Both the position numbers and the translations under genes were made by a program. Shown here piece after piece: positions 1 to 13,645 of a DNA stretch of 64,000 bases. Below the pieces are notes generated by a model. It saw only the letters and a list, made by a program, of their open reading frames with translations, was not told the origin of the DNA and searched no databases. Source of the stretch: Stegostoma tigrinum (lineage: Eukaryota). The first letter of the stretch is position 1, and each line of letters begins with the position of its first letter. The stretch covers positions 17,585,989 to 17,649,988 of the forward strand of contig NC_081373.1 of assembly GCF_030684315.1 (NCBI RefSeq). Direction: 5' to 3'.

Positions 1-49
1 TTGCCAAATTTGCTTCAGAGCAAATAACATTATTTACAAAGTAAAAATA

Positions 50-245
50 GAAGTTGCATTTACATACAGCCTTTCATGACCTAAGGATGACCCAAAATGT
101 TTCATAGTCAAGAAAGTATGTTTGAGCTGTGGCCGCTGTTGTAATATGGGATACATCACAGGCAATTTGAGCACAGCAAACTCATAGAAACAACAATATG
201 ATAACGTCCTGAAAATCTGTTCCGGTGATATTAATTGGGGTATAT
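50..245 (-). mobile_element. DeuSINE (SacSINE1/AmnSINE1-like) 3' fragment
   Basis: Matches the tail of the longer copy at 7097-7526 (ttgcatttac...cctttcatgacc...cccaaa...tgttgtaat...gcacagcaa). Confidence 0.6.
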
Positions 246-2402
246 AATCGTATATTGATGAGGTCGCAATATGAACTGTAAGCAATAATCAATATTAAAA
301 GTAAAATAAATAAATGGTGTACACATTTTGCAAACAAGATGAAAATGCTCATTATCAGTTAAAGCCTTGAGTGGGCACTCTTCCTGATTTAGTTCAAATA
401 CCTCTGTTCATAAGATGCATTTGTTTTCTGTAAATATCTTTTAATCAATCCGCAATGGTGTATTGAGGAACAAATTCATTCGTCTCTGTAACAGGTCCTT
501 CACGAAAATAAGGGAATCAATGTTGGCCACCCATCTTTTACAATATAGAACATAAGTTGTGTAATTTTTAGCCAAACATCACCTTTCTCTGCCTGCTGAT
601 TGTTTCAAAGTGAGTGATATATTTAACATTTGAAGCAATTGACATTGTGTTAGGATTGTCCCCTACCAGGTCCGGCACAAGTTCATTGTAAAACAGTAAT
701 TAATACTTTTTTTAGATCACGAATTTTCACACAATCTTTCTTCAAAGTCTCAAAATTTCTGCTTTCGTTGCACCTCCAAATCATCACACTCAGATTTTTT
801 CAAAATGAACTGTTTGATTCATACAATAATGACATAGTTCTCCAATTTCTTGTGTATATTTGCACCCAAACCATAAGCACATTTAAAAAATAGGATCTAC
901 AAAGATTTTGTTTATGATTGGTGCAAATTCTAGGGAAATTCTCTCGTTCCGATATTTTCAATCTTTGGTAATTAATAAATTATAAAATAGAGCACTGATA
1001 CAGGGGTTTTCTTTAAAGTTTTTTGTAGTGTAATTATTATGTATTTAATAATCATTAATAATGGAGGACTGGGAGGCCAAATCATGATACACGTCCCTAG
1101 GACAGGTTAAAAATGAGAGTGTTGATAGCAGGCAACTAGTTCTTTGCACTCTGAACAAAATCTGATATTTTGTTTCGAGTGTAAATACCTCTCTTACTAA
1201 ACATCAGCCTCTGTTGCGACGTTGTATTGTTAGCAAGATCTTTGACATATTTTCATCTATAATTGTTGTTTCAAGAGAGCTATGCCCTGCATTTTGTTTG
1301 ATTTCAGTTGCGAGAGAGGAATAGAAGCCAGATGAACCATACACGCCTTACGGGGCCCCACGGCAGTCCATGTGACAGCTGTTAATAATGATTCTAAATG
1401 TATGTTGTGCTATTAGAGACTGGTACATGACTTATTTCTGAAGCAGCATTTTGCACTGATAGTAATTATCTGGCAGTACAGGACCAGGTTTCAAACCAAG
1501 CCATCCTGTGCTATAAAGAGAAATCAGTAGTGTGATTCAATAATTAAGCCTAGTCCAGCCTGCATTCACTACATAAAAGTCTACTCCCCTGTTCTTTCCT
1601 CATGGATCAGTTCACTTCTACGGAACTGAGGGATGCTTCAAAGTTAACAGTTCTCTACCTCTGGAGTGCAGCTGTTCTCTTTGGCTGATCTTTTAAGTCC
1701 GTTCTGTGTCATTGGCTGGCGAGGGTATTAGCACTAACTGCTGAGTAGCAAAGCCAAAGGCTAAACTCTTTTCTGGAGAACATCAGAGACACTCAACAGC
1801 TGGGTTGTGTGAGTGGCTTGCTCTCAGCAAATGCTGCAACCACGTGGGAACCGAGCCACCCATCTGCTTGCTTACACTCTGAATGCCAATTATTTGCTGG
1901 TCGCACTGAAACAAGTTGGCAAATATTGTTCAGGGTGTATCTATTAGAAATGGGGAAAACTGTATCAAATCACATAATGCCGAGGTTTGACCTTCTGCGT
2001 TCTCCAGGACAGTTTTTAATTTGCATTTCTGCATCTGCATTACAGCCTCTCTTTTATCACCCTATTCCCTCCAGGTGCATGAGTAGGCAGCAGATAAAAC
2101 CAGTAACATTTTACATGACTGCAATGGGAAGTGTTTCTTCATTGGATAGTAATTATGGACAAGCCAAGCTCCTTCCCTTCTTCCTGAGCTGTAATTAGTT
2201 CTCAAGGATACCAGATGGAAAATTAAGAAACCTGTTAATGGGTAGCACACATGTTGGCCAGGCTAGAACTTTATTAGCATTTCGAGGGGTTCACTGGTCT
2301 GGAGTGAATGCCAGGCCTACTTCATTGGATGCTTTTTGAATCTGAACACTTAAGAGATGTGAAACAGTAGGGGAAACATTTGGTACCAGTATTAAAGAAG
2401 CA

Positions 2403-2520
2403 GAAAGATTTGCATTTTTACAGCACTTTTTGCCACCTCAGGATGACCCAAAGTGCTTTACCATCAGTGAAGTACTTTTCAAAAGAGTGGACATTGTTAC
2501 CATAGAAAGAGTCAATTAGG
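2403..2520 (-). mobile_element. DeuSINE-type SINE 3' fragment
   Basis: gaaagatttgcattt...cacctcaggatgacccaaagtgctttac...gaagtactttt, the same tail as 50-245 and 7097-7526. Confidence 0.6.
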
Positions 2521-3119
2521 GTACATTACCACATTTGAATTTTCAATAGACAACACATAATATACCTGAGAACAAGGTCAGAACATGTGGACTCAGAGAA
2601 TAGGTAGCATAACGGATAGCAAGCTGGTGACAAAACAGCAAACAGATAAATATTTTAGTAAGATTGACAAAAGGCAGGCAGTGACTTTAGATCAATACTG
2701 GCACCACTGTTATTCATCATTTATAAAAACAATTTGGTTACAAGCAATTGAAAGTTAAGTTTTAAAACCTGCAAATTAGGGGTTATAATGAATACATATA
2801 AACATATGAATTAGCAGTATGAGTAAGTCATTTGTCCCTTCAAATATGCTCCCACCCTCAAAAAGATCATGGCTGATGTCTACCTCTGCTTTAAAAATAT
2901 TCAATAATTCTGCTTTCACTGTTGTCTCTGGAAAAGAGCTCCAAAGATTCACAACCTCTGGAGAGAAGGGCCATGAGAGAATTCAGGCTGTCATGAGTGA
3001 GTCTGCAGAATGGATATACAATTGGCAAGTGAGCTTCAATATAAGTAAAAACTTATGCAACCCAGCAGAAATTAAGGGACCACGTAATCTTTGGAAAATG
3101 CATTTTACCCAGATACCTT

Positions 3120-4700
3120 TTTCCCTGTTCTTTACAGTCTTGGAAGAATGCTGGTGTATTAGGAAGAATTAGGTGACTCGGACTGTTTTCCTGATGGTCA
3201 GAGTTCTGTGGTTGTTTTCTTCTTCATTTGAAAGTTTTTTAATGTCTTGTTGTTCTTTTGTGTTCAGCCTGGCTGATGTGCATCCATCCTTTATCACTGT
3301 TGATGTGGTCCAGGGGCTACAGCAGGCAATTTTTCTTTGTAGTAGTTTGAATCATTGCACATCATTTGCCTCTTCTTAGTGTGTCTTTGCAGTGTTTTTT
3401 CACCACACGTTTAATTTGCGTCAGTGGAACGTTTTACTCATTCCACACATAGCTTTGTGTTGAAGTAGACAAACTCATGACTTCAACTGCTTGAAAAGTT
3501 ACATTTTCGACTTCCGTCACAGCTGTTGAATATTCAGTAAAGCCAGCTTGTTCACTGCCTCAATTTTGTTAACTGCAGGTACATTGTTCTTTGATCTGAA
3601 ATCTGGAATTGGTGTTGGGGGTGTCTTCTTTCGAAGTTGGAGAGGTTAGAAATTTTGACTTAACTTGTCCCTTCACCATTAGAGTTGGTCACTGTGTTTT
3701 TACAAATTGACTCAATTCGGTAGCAAATGCTTTCACTGGCTGTTTGCTATGATACAGACAAATTGCGTAGATTGTTCAGTTACTGCCCCTTTGCTTGCAC
3801 CGTACCTTGGGCTTTGTTGCCACAAGGAATTTATCGTATTAACTAACCTCAGGAGATTCTGCTTTGTCTTTAGGTTCCATCATGTGCTTACGGAGTCTAG
3901 AAAAAGCCTTTCCTTCACTTTTTGTTGTTTAACGTCATCCATCCTTTGAACGAAATTGCGAACAAATGCCTTTCTACTTAGCAGAGAGAATTCTTGTTTT
4001 TGAAAATGGTAGTAAGAGTAGGCCATTCAGACCTATGAGCCTGCTCTGCCATTCAATATGACCATTCATGGCCATGAAGTGTTTTCAAGTATTTGTTGTT
4101 CCATATGTTGGGCAGCTGCTTGGATCATACCTTTAACTTTAGGTGTGACCATTTAGCTGAACTTCTTTTGGCTTTACCAATGTTTTGTTAACTGACCTTA
4201 TTGCGCCAACTTGAAATTTGAGAGATGCCCATTGACATAAATCTCTGCATTCCAAAATGTTTGGCCTTGATCAATAATTTCCTTAAAGAAAATGTACAGG
4301 CTAAATTGGGTCTTTCTAGAAGAAGAAGAACGCATCTTAACCAATTTAACCAGTGGGCAAAGGGATGTCGTAGCTGTTATGCTGTGTGAAACTGATGTTA
4401 GTGGTTGAGCAGTTGATTTCAAGATGCTTGGCTTTGCAGGTTAGGTGAAAGGACTTTGTCCTGTTTCACTTCTCCTGTGGTTTTATGTGCTTTCTGACTT
4501 CTGGCAAAGACAGAAAAAAAATCATTCTTTCTTTCTACCTACAGCACTGGACTGGCCAGGTCTATTCTTAGCTGTGACCCTCGAGCGCACACTTTAACCT
4601 ACTAGTACAGGCACACCAGGTTTGAAAAACTGGCTTTTAATCCCTTTTTCTTATTTATTCTTGAAGAGGGAAAACATGAGCATGTGTCTCTCACAGACTG
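3120..4700 (-). mobile_element. Degraded Ty3/Gypsy LTR-retrotransposon internal region (protease-adjacent)
   Basis: ORF 4198-4422 ends FFKEIIDQGQTFWNAEIYVNGHLSNFKL, resembling the W-x-A-x-I-x-VNG-x4-FKL(DTGA) approach to the Gypsy aspartic protease; the catalytic DTG is lost. Boundaries are approximate. Confidence 0.5.
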
Positions 4701-7096
4701 CTGTCTGTTCTCTCAAAGTGTTCACAGTCTGAGATAACTTAAAATGGATGAGAGTTCAGTTTGCAGTCGTTTCTCCTTTTGAAATCCTTCTCTTTGAAAC
4801 TTCCTTTACATTCATCAGGTGAGACATTCCAGGGTCTTACTGGAGGCTGAGAGTAATCCACAAGAACTTCCAGACAGTTTAATTGTTTAGAAATTAAATT
4901 CTCAGTCATGCTTTTTGCTGCATGTCTTCATTTTTAAAAATCTTGCCATTTAAATTTCAGCGAGTTTTGAGAAGATTTAAATTTCAGTATGCCCCAGAGT
5001 GATCTGGATTTATGAACCATCATCATGACAATTACACTGTTCTCATTTGCTTCACATGATTTGGTTAGCAATTTTCCAGCTTTCTGCCCCTACAATATGC
5101 AGGTTTCTCTGATGGCCCTCTTAATTGCCCTTTTTTTGGCCTTATATCATGTAATATAAATTTATTGCATGACTGTAACTATGTACAGGTTATATGAGTT
5201 GGTTCAGCAGTAACACAGAGACTGTTAGGAGCACACTGACCCCAAGTCTATCCCATGAAAGCTCTTGCTCTACTCTGACCAAGTCCCCATTGCAATCATT
5301 ACAGTAGATAGTACTTACTGAATTCAATCAAGTATTAATCCTTATGAATCCTTGCAGACCCACATACGATAATACTAACCAGAAGTGTCTGTTCCTCTTC
5401 TAGCCATTATCACCATGTACTAGATACAAGTATGTGTTTCTGAATGTGTTTTGCTAATTATTGTTTGCAATTCCTAGAGGCTTTTATGTTTTTGCGTTGA
5501 GATTCATGCACATTAAGAGTGAGTTGTTCTGTCTTGTGTATGTCTCCAGGCTTTAAATTTTCACATTCTTAAATGTCACTCATTTTTTTTTAATTGCCAG
5601 GATCTTTACCATTCTTCAAGCAGCTTTAGGCGAGGTCAGGCTGCTTCTAAGCCACTGTCACATGAGACTGTGGCTTCAAACAAATAAAGTAGTCTGAAAA
5701 TAGCAATGTGAGCAGGGCTAGAAGAGTGATGAGAAGAAACAGCTTCAGAAGTGTAAGAAAAAAAATAGAATCTATAGTTTTTTTTAAATTTGCCTGCATC
5801 TTCTGTAAATTTCCACAAAGCCCCTCTTTAAACTGTGGAATCGCCCTCAGGGCAAACACGGCTTTAGAAAATTGAAACCCCCCACCTTCTCCACCTGTTC
5901 ACAATTTTTTGAAAAACAAAGTATTTTAAATCCGGTTTACAATCCTAACAATTGCCCTGCTATCTACAGTTTGTCGTGTCAACCCTGCCGTCTTCCTGTA
6001 TCTCCTCTTCTCACTTCAAAACCTCATATAAAACTTAATATTTTAAGATTATCTGTAATCTCCTATATGGTGGTTGATTTTTCCGCTTGTCTGTCTCAGT
6101 TTCTCATGAAGAATCTCTGGATCCATTTTGCTACAGCCACAATAGATTCAGATTGTAGATTCTCTGAGTTGAGGAAGAGCAGTTGGTGGAAGCACTGCTT
6201 TTGTGAGATCACTGGCCTGTGGCACCCCTCCTTATTTCCCAACTGTTGAAATAAGTGATTGGAGACTCAAGGGTGTAGACCTGTGATTTTCTGAGCAGTC
6301 TTCTCTGCTGCTCTTTTGTCAGTGAAGAATTAGCAATCACCTTTAAGAATATTTTGCACTACACATTTTGCAAATTGTGATTGCAGTTTTTTTTGTACAC
6401 CAAACCAGTTCCGTGTGCTGGTACTTTTAATATACACGCTGATTGAAGGTTGCGAACAAAGTGGAAAAGTTTGGTTCTCAGAAGGCAGCTTTAAACAGCA
6501 AAGTGTCACTTCATATTACCCATATGAGAGCAAAGCACTTTGTGGTCACAAGGAATGTACAAATGCCTTGTACTTATAGAGTAAGCAGTTTCAAAAAGTC
6601 GATTTTAACGAGAGTTCATTTGCAAATGAATAAAAGATCAAAGATGATTTTGCTCTTTGTGTAATGAGAAAGCATTAATGCAACTCAGCATGACCATGTT
6701 AGAGAAAGTATCTGTGTCAACTGACTATACAGACTGTTTGAGAACAAAAGACCATTTCTCCTTTATTTAAAAATTAAGTCATTCTGGATACAATCATTTA
6801 AGAATGGTCTGAATTGCTGCAAACACAGTTGCATATAAAGAAATGATAATTACTCTTTTAACTTCTGAAGCATTCAAATAGACTATTCAAATTGATATCA
6901 TTTTAAAACTCCTTTAATTCTGTTTGCATATCAAAGCATGCTAACTACAATGGATAGAAATAATGTTTATTGTAATGACAGTGAAGAAATGTGAACAGAG
7001 ATAATTTCATGTCTAGTCAGTTTGCATATGTTTGTTAATTCCACTCAATGACACCATGAGATTCAGTCAAAATCCATTGCGTAAAAGAAAGCCTTG

Positions 7097-7526
7097 AAAG
7101 ATTTACATTTATATATAGCACTTTTCATTACTACCTGACAACTTCAGACACTTTATAGCCAAGGAAGTACTTTTTCAAGTGGAGTCATTGCTGTAAATGT
7201 GGGAAACAGAATGGCCAATTTGTTCACATCAAGCTCTCAGAGGCAGCAATGTGGTAATGAAGAGATAATTACTTTTGAGATGTTGATTGAGGGATAAAAA
7301 AACGGACAGGACACTGTGAACAACTGCCCCACACTTTTTCGAAGAGGTACTATGGGATTTTTTATATCCACCAGAGCAACAATGCATCCGAAAGAATCAC
7401 CGTTGAGAGGACAGCATTCCCTCAGTAGAAGAGTGCCAACTTGACGTTTATGTTCAAGCCCAGGAGTGGGATTGAAACCAGCAGAGATTCAAAGGCGATA
7501 GTTCTATCAGCTAAGCCATGGCTGAG
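7097..7526 (-). mobile_element. Near full-length DeuSINE (SacSINE1-like) tRNA-headed SINE
   Basis: The minus strand starts with a tRNA-like head (cagccatggcttagctgatag...gtttcaatcccactcc), followed by a Deu-like core and a tail ending gctatatataaatgtaaat; old and diverged. Confidence 0.65.
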
Positions 7527-8061
7527 ACTATAATGAAGTACTTCTGACGTGATGGATTGAAGTAAATTCAAAATGTACTTACTGAAATTAATGGGAATAG
7601 ATTGAAAATTGCTCTAAGAAAATGTTGAACCAAACACTGGCCAGCAGATTTGCCATAATTATTCTTGGTATGTCAATCTTGTTTCTTTTTCCCTCAGTTT
7701 GAGATCATGACTACTTTCATTCTTAATTTAGGAATCTCACGGTTTGCTTCCGTTAATTTTAGTTGACCGGTTTGTGACTAAATCTGACAGAATGAAATGA
7801 ATAAATATAGTCAAACTGGTCAGATCACTTCAATTCCTTCTCTTGGATGTTTTACTATTTTGACAGAAAAAATCAAAATCTGATGCCAGGCCTGCTCAGT
7901 AAACAGTTGTACTTATCCAGTATTAAAGAAGCTAAATAAAGAAGGAAGGTTTAAATGTCATTCCTAATTTTGCTAAGTTTCTGCAATCAGCTGTGGCGAT
8001 ATTGGGGATGCTACAATTGGCTCCAGTGTGCTTGAACAAGGAAGGGGTAAGAGAAAAAAGA

Positions 8062-8190
8062 AGGGTTACTGGACCTGAAACATTAATACTGTTTTTGTCT
8101 CCCCAAATGCTGCCAGGCCTGCTGAGTTTCTCCTGCAATTTCTGCTTCTGATTGTTTCAGATTTCCAGCATCCACAGTTCTTTACTTTGA
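8062..8190 (+). mobile_element. PLE pseudo-LTR fragment, HHR family 2 (single arm, degenerate)
   Basis: agggttactggacctgaaacattaatact...gctgccaggcctgctgagtttctcc...gatttccagcatccacagttc, homologous to the arms at 15907-16137 and 61159-61398. Confidence 0.65.
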
Positions 8191-8789
8191 GTCTATTCCT
8201 CATCACTACCCATTAATTCTTTCTGGAACAACACATACTTGGGCATCGAATGAAGAGAAGGTTAGGCAACTTCTTTAATCCATGGTTACAGGTGAAGAAT
8301 GGTCACTTGGACAAAGTACCAAGGAACTGAAATTGTGTGCCAGCATAATGGCCCCTTGAATATGTTCTGACATTCAACAGGAGAGTGGTTGATCTTTGAC
8401 TTCAGCGGAAATTTCCTGATCCCAGAATTCTTTGATTCCTTTATAATCCTAAAGGCCTGTTAATGTCAGCTTTGGAAATACTCGATGACTGAGCATCCAA
8501 AGGCCCTATGCTATATGACACGAAAAAGTCACAATTCTCTGGGAGAAGAAATTTCTTTTCACCTCGGCCCTTACTGGCTAACCCCTTAACACAAAACTGC
8601 CCAATAGTTCCAGACTTCTTCATCCTCTAAGTATCTACAAATCCTACATGTTTCAGTGAGATCATTTCTCATTCTTCTAAACTCCTAAAATTCTAAATTA
8701 CTCACAATTTTAAAAACAGATATATCTTGTTTATCTTTTCTCCTCTCTTTGGTTAAGGAATCCTATGCTGCTAGCACTGAGCATCATTA

Positions 8790-9010
8790 CAGTAACTCAG
8801 TTGGTAAATCAGTTGGTGTGGTGGCAGGCCTATGACGCTGAGTGATGCCAACAGTGTTTGGGTCTAATTTGTGCAGTAGCTGAAGTTACCAAGAAGGACT
8901 CTCCTCCTTAACTCCTCCCCTTGACTGAGGTGTGCTGAGCCTTAGGTTAAATCACCATTGGTTGTCTCTCTGTAATGATGGAACAGGTCTGTGGGACTAC
9001 GGTGACTGGT
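8790..9010 (+). mobile_element. Diverged tRNA-derived SINE
   Basis: A-box-like taactcagttggt head, followed by a body recalled from shark SINEs (gaaggactctcc...ctgaggtgtg...aggttaaatcacca). Confidence 0.4.
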
Positions 9011-9754
9011 CTTTCAGGGCCAAGTCTCTTTATGCCAGTTAGACAGCAGAATGAAGCCTTATCTCCTTCAGCAATATATCTCCTTCAGCAGATGGACATG
9101 GAGGCCAAGCAATGAGGACGTGTCAGAAACTGGAGGAAACTTCTTTTTGATTGTGAATGTATGATGCCAACCCTTTATTTTGAAACATACAGAGGTGATA
9201 CTTTACTCTGGAAAATGGCTGCTCAAAATCAAGGAATTTCTGCTGCCCTTCGACATCCAAAGATTTCCTGGTACAATATTTAGGCAAATCACCTAAAAAC
9301 TATCTAAGACTGCTTAAGTATGCAGGTTGGATTCTATGCAACTGTGGAACACCAATTTACCTGGTTGTGCCAGGCATTGTGTAGCCTAGACAATGGTCTT
9401 TAAAAGGACTTCTGGAGATTTCCAAAACAAAAATGAAACAAGATTATGTTTTTTGTTCTTGTTTTGGCACGCAGAGGTGCTGTTTGTGAACCCACAGATA
9501 GTCTGAGATAGGTTTTTGGTGTGTAATGACCCTTCCTCAGGATTACCTTCCAGCCCAATTCTCCATCCAGGGACCAGACCAATGGCAACATCCGCTTAAT
9601 TTGATTTATTTATTGTCACTTTTTTTTACATAATACTGTGAAAAGTGTGTAGAGTTGCCACTATTTGGTGCCACCTTAATAGACAGAAAAATAAATCAAA
9701 ACATGGAAAATAAAGGCAGAAGGATAATGAAGTAAATAAAAAGCATCTAACCTT

Positions 9755-10070
9755 GTTAGCACTGCAGCCTCTCAGCGCCCGGGACCCGGGTTCGATTCCA
9801 GCCTCAGGCAACTGTCTGTGTGGAGTTTGCACATTCTCCCCGTGTCTGTGTGGGTTTCCTCCGGGTGCTCCGGTTTCCTCCCAAGCTCAAAGGTGTGCAG
9901 ACTAGGTGGATTGGCCATGCTAAATTGTCCATAGTGTTCAGGGATGTGTAGATTAGGTGGGCTTTAGGGGGATGGATCTGGGTGGGTTGCTCTGAGGGTT
10001 GGTGTGAATTTGCTGGGCCAAAGGGCCCGTTTCCACACTATAGGGATTCAATGAAACATAATTCTATGAT
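9755..10070 (+). mobile_element. HE1 (V-SINE) shark SINE
   Basis: B-box ggttcgattcc, V-domain (tgtgtggagtttgcacattctccccgtgtctg...ggtttcctcc) and CR1-type tail (gggcc...ttccacact...gggattc). Confidence 0.9.
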
Positions 10071-10480
10071 TTACAGTCCTTCTTATCAAGTGTTTCATCT
10101 GGGCCATGCGCCTGTTGCCAGGCATGAGTCCTCTTTGCCATGTCACTGCTGTTGGAACAAAAGTTGTAAATCTTGGGCACCACCTCCCAACAAGGCCTTT
10201 GCCGCTATGAGTCCTCAGTAGACCTTGACAATGCAGATGCCACTGATGCTGCTGAGTACCACATCGGCCCAAACTTGACTCCGTCGCCTTGACTCTGCTT
10301 CGGGCCCACTTCGCTGATACAGCTGCTGCTGATCCCACTGGGTCTGGTACTGGGCCCACCCTTACCTCTGCCTCCATGAATTTGCACTAGACACAGATGC
10401 CATCAAGAACCCAAACTCACTTCCACTGTAGCAGCCATGAGTCAATGCAGAAGCAACTGGAAACCCAAACCCTCTGAAGC

Positions 10481-10940
10481 CATGAGTCTGTGCCGGGCCC
10501 AATCACCACGAGTCCATGGGGGGCCCATTCACCATGAGTCCGTGCCGTGCCCATTCACCATGAGTCCGTGCCAGGCCCATTCACCACCAGTCCGTGCCGG
10601 GGCCATTCACCACGAGTCTGTGCCGGGCCCATTCACCACGAGTCCACGGAGGGCCCATTCACCATGAGTTCGTGCCAGGCCCATTCACCACCAGTCCGTG
10701 CTGGACCTATTCACCACCAGTCCGTGCCGTGCCCATTCACCACGAGTCGATGCCGGGCCCATTCACTACGAGTCTGTGCCGGGCCCATTCATCATGAGTC
10801 CACGGAAGGCCCATTCACCATGAGTCCGTGCCAGGCCCATTCACCACCAGTCCGTGCCGGGCCCCTTCACCACCAGTCCGTGCCGGACCCCTTCACCACG
10901 AGTCCGTGCCAGCCCATTCACCACCAGTCCGGGCTGGGCC
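10481..10940. repeat. GC-rich 26-bp minisatellite, about 17.5 copies
   Basis: Consensus gcccattcacca(c/t)(g/c)agtccgtgccgg repeated contiguously with no spacers. Confidence 0.95.
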
Positions 10941-13295
10941 TACTAGGCCACCATTGATGCTGTCACCGTGACCGAACTCTTCAACAAACTGTAGATAAAA
11001 TAAGAAAAGAGAAATAAAAGAGAAAAGAAGAAATGAAAAATAGGAAAAGAGAGTGAAAAACTCAGTGCAAGAAAATCAGATCCAAAGTCTGGTGTGGCTT
11101 GGGCCCAAAGCAGCGACAACATGGGGTGACTACTTTGGTGCAAATCATGTTTCTCCCCATAATGTATGTTTCAGAATTATAGACCCTGTCCCTTAGTTGG
11201 ACCGTGTCCATATTCATTTCATATTGTGTATGTTTAGACTGGAAGTGCAATTTTGTCATGCAACAAGGAAACATTAATTTCTTTCACAGTTGTTTTTGTG
11301 GAACTCTGATTAGATAAGTGTCTTTGGATCTGTAAACTTGTACAGTAACTGTTTATTTCTGAGAATGACTTAATCGTGTGTTTGTAAAATTCATCATAAA
11401 GTATGTGAGTAAACAGGGACAGAAATTAACACAAAATAAGTAGGAACAGTCACTTGATAATACAGAACTTGGAACATTTCTTTTGAAGAGACATGATTTT
11501 GAAGCTTTATATCTTGCAGTCATCAGGACAAACACAAGAAAAAACACATTTAAAATTTTGCCAAAAATTTATAAGGCAGGAGGAATGACGCTGATTGATT
11601 AGAAAAGAGGCAATAGCACAGACAAAGCAGTGAGGAACTGTGGGCTCAAGTCCCCAGGTATTTCGAAAATACACAAGGCTTGAACAGTTTCCTTGTGTTT
11701 GCAAAGAACAGCTTCTTGTGACTGTTTGTATGCATGTTGTTTCAGAAAGTGGAAACACACCATGGTAGATACCTAGCTAACTATCCTAAATAGGTTGTTA
11801 CTGTATCTGTTAGGCTGTATATCCCTGCAGTTGGCTGGTTGTATCAAATAACATATTCCTTAGGTTGTCCATAATAGGGAGAGTGCAGACTTGACTTAAC
11901 CAGCCCCTACTTCAAATTCCAAAGCAGCTGATTCCTGTTAGCTGTAACTCCGCAATTAGGCAGCACCTACTGAAGAATTCTGAGTGTGCCATTAACTATA
12001 TGAACACTAACTGGGGATTCATTTGAGAACATGTAAAGGGCCAGTTGTTGAAACTGTGTGGGTTTGAGTTGGGCGTGACATGCTTGTAATATTTCACTCT
12101 AATAAATGTAAGACTGAATAAGGATTGTTCCTGTATCATCCTTCACCAATGACTTTTTGCAATTAAAAATCCAATAGGAAAATGGCAGTACAGCTCAAGA
12201 GTCATGTTAAGCCACTCACACCTGAGTACAATAAAGTTGGGGAAGTTTAAGACTCATTGTGGCATCCTACTATGCTGTTGATGGTGCCCCAGAAGAGTAT
12301 ACCTCCAGCTTAGTCCAAAGTCACATTTTAAAAGATTCCTAAATGTTATGAGAGAAAAGGGCTATTGTAACCTAGGGAACTCAACTCTGAGGACCAAAGT
12401 ATAGAGTTCCATTATCACTAGGATCCGTATAAGGAACAGTTAGCTTCAGTACAACTCACACCTGGCAGCACCAGATTATATTGTTTTTGCTCAGAGAATG
12501 CTCTGTCATATAACTGCGGCTGTAGAGAGATATTGCAATAAACTATAAATTTGGATTGGACCTAGTTTGTCTGTGACCCTATCAGATTTTATGCTCTAGT
12601 GAAATCACACTCAAAGAACAAATGAAAATCAAAGAAATAATCATTGAGTTTATAAAATGCCCAGAATTCTTACTGAGAATTAGTGAAGCAGGAGCAAGAC
12701 TAATTCTTGTAATGTTTTAATTATTGCATTGGGTTTAAGTAGAATTTATGGAATTAGTTTATAAGATATATTGAAGTTGTGGTTTACTTTCTTCTGTAAC
12801 AGTTTATTTCACTTTGAAATTCTAGGTTTAAAAAAAATTACAGGTGTGTGACAGTGCCAAACTGATTCTTTGAAGCCACAGATGCTTCTGTCAGGAACCA
12901 CAAGGTGTTGAAATCCCAGGGGGATGGAGAGAGCGAGTGGGAGAGTTGGATACTCAGCACAGGAGGTGTCTATCAGAAAGCACCCCAAAGGATTGTAAAG
13001 AGTCAAACAATCTGCTTTCAACAGCTGTGGTAAAGCAATTTGAGTGTAATAAGGTAAAACATTTCACAAAGAAAACAAGGAAAAATCTCTTCTGCATCCT
13101 AAGCACTCAAGTGCAATGCAAAACAATCATGGCAATTAAAGAAAGCAGATGGCAAATGATTCTCTGACCCAACCACAATTAATGAAATATTTGCATACGT
13201 CTGCACTTTGGAATCTCTGCAATTCTGTCCCAGTTTCCCCTCTTGGCAAACCACAATGCATGGCTGATTTGCTAGCTCTCAGCTTTTGGATGTTA

Positions 13296-13645
13296 GGGTG
13301 GCACGGTGGCTCAGTGGTTAGCACTGCTGCCTCACAGCGCCAGGGACTCAGGTTTGATTCTATCCTTGGGTTACTCTCCGTGTGGAATTTGCATATTCTC
13401 CCCGCGGCTGCATGGGTTTCTGCTGGATGTTCTGGTTTCCTCCCACAGTCCAAAGATGTGCAGCCTAGGTGGATTGGCCTTGCTAAATTGCCCGTAGTGT
13501 TCAGGGATGTGTAGCTCAGGCGGGTTAGCCATAGGAAATGGAGAGTTACAAGGAAAGGGCAGGGGATGAGTCTGGTTAAGATGCTCTGAGGGTTGGTGTG
13601 GACTTGTAGGGTCAAAGGTCCTGTTTCCACACTGTAGAGATCGTA
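13296..13645 (+). mobile_element. HE1 (V-SINE), full length
   Basis: A-box tggctcagtgg, degenerate B-box ggtttgattct, V-domain and CR1-like tail. Confidence 0.9.

Larger units (their letters stand above)
9600..11150 (-). mobile_element. Non-autonomous retroelement with Rex1/Babar-like 3' tail, containing an HE1 SINE and a 26-bp minisatellite
   Basis: Minus-strand 3' end reads cttttcacagta...gtgacaataaataaatcaaa. The reverse complement of 10958-10988 (ttgttgaagagttcggtcacggtgacagcat) matches 45360-45390 (ttgctgaagagctcggttgcggcgacagcac). Confidence 0.45.

Noticed and set aside
1290-1420. Possible exon after tttcag (LRERNRSQMNHTRLTGPHGSPCDSC*)
   Set aside because: No recognisable protein, an early stop and no supporting neighbouring exons.
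10481-10940. CRISPR-like regular short repeats and His/Pro-rich ORFs (10437-10957)
   Set aside because: Units are contiguous with no unique spacers, there are no cas genes and the context is eukaryotic; the ORFs are by-products of a stop-free minisatellite.
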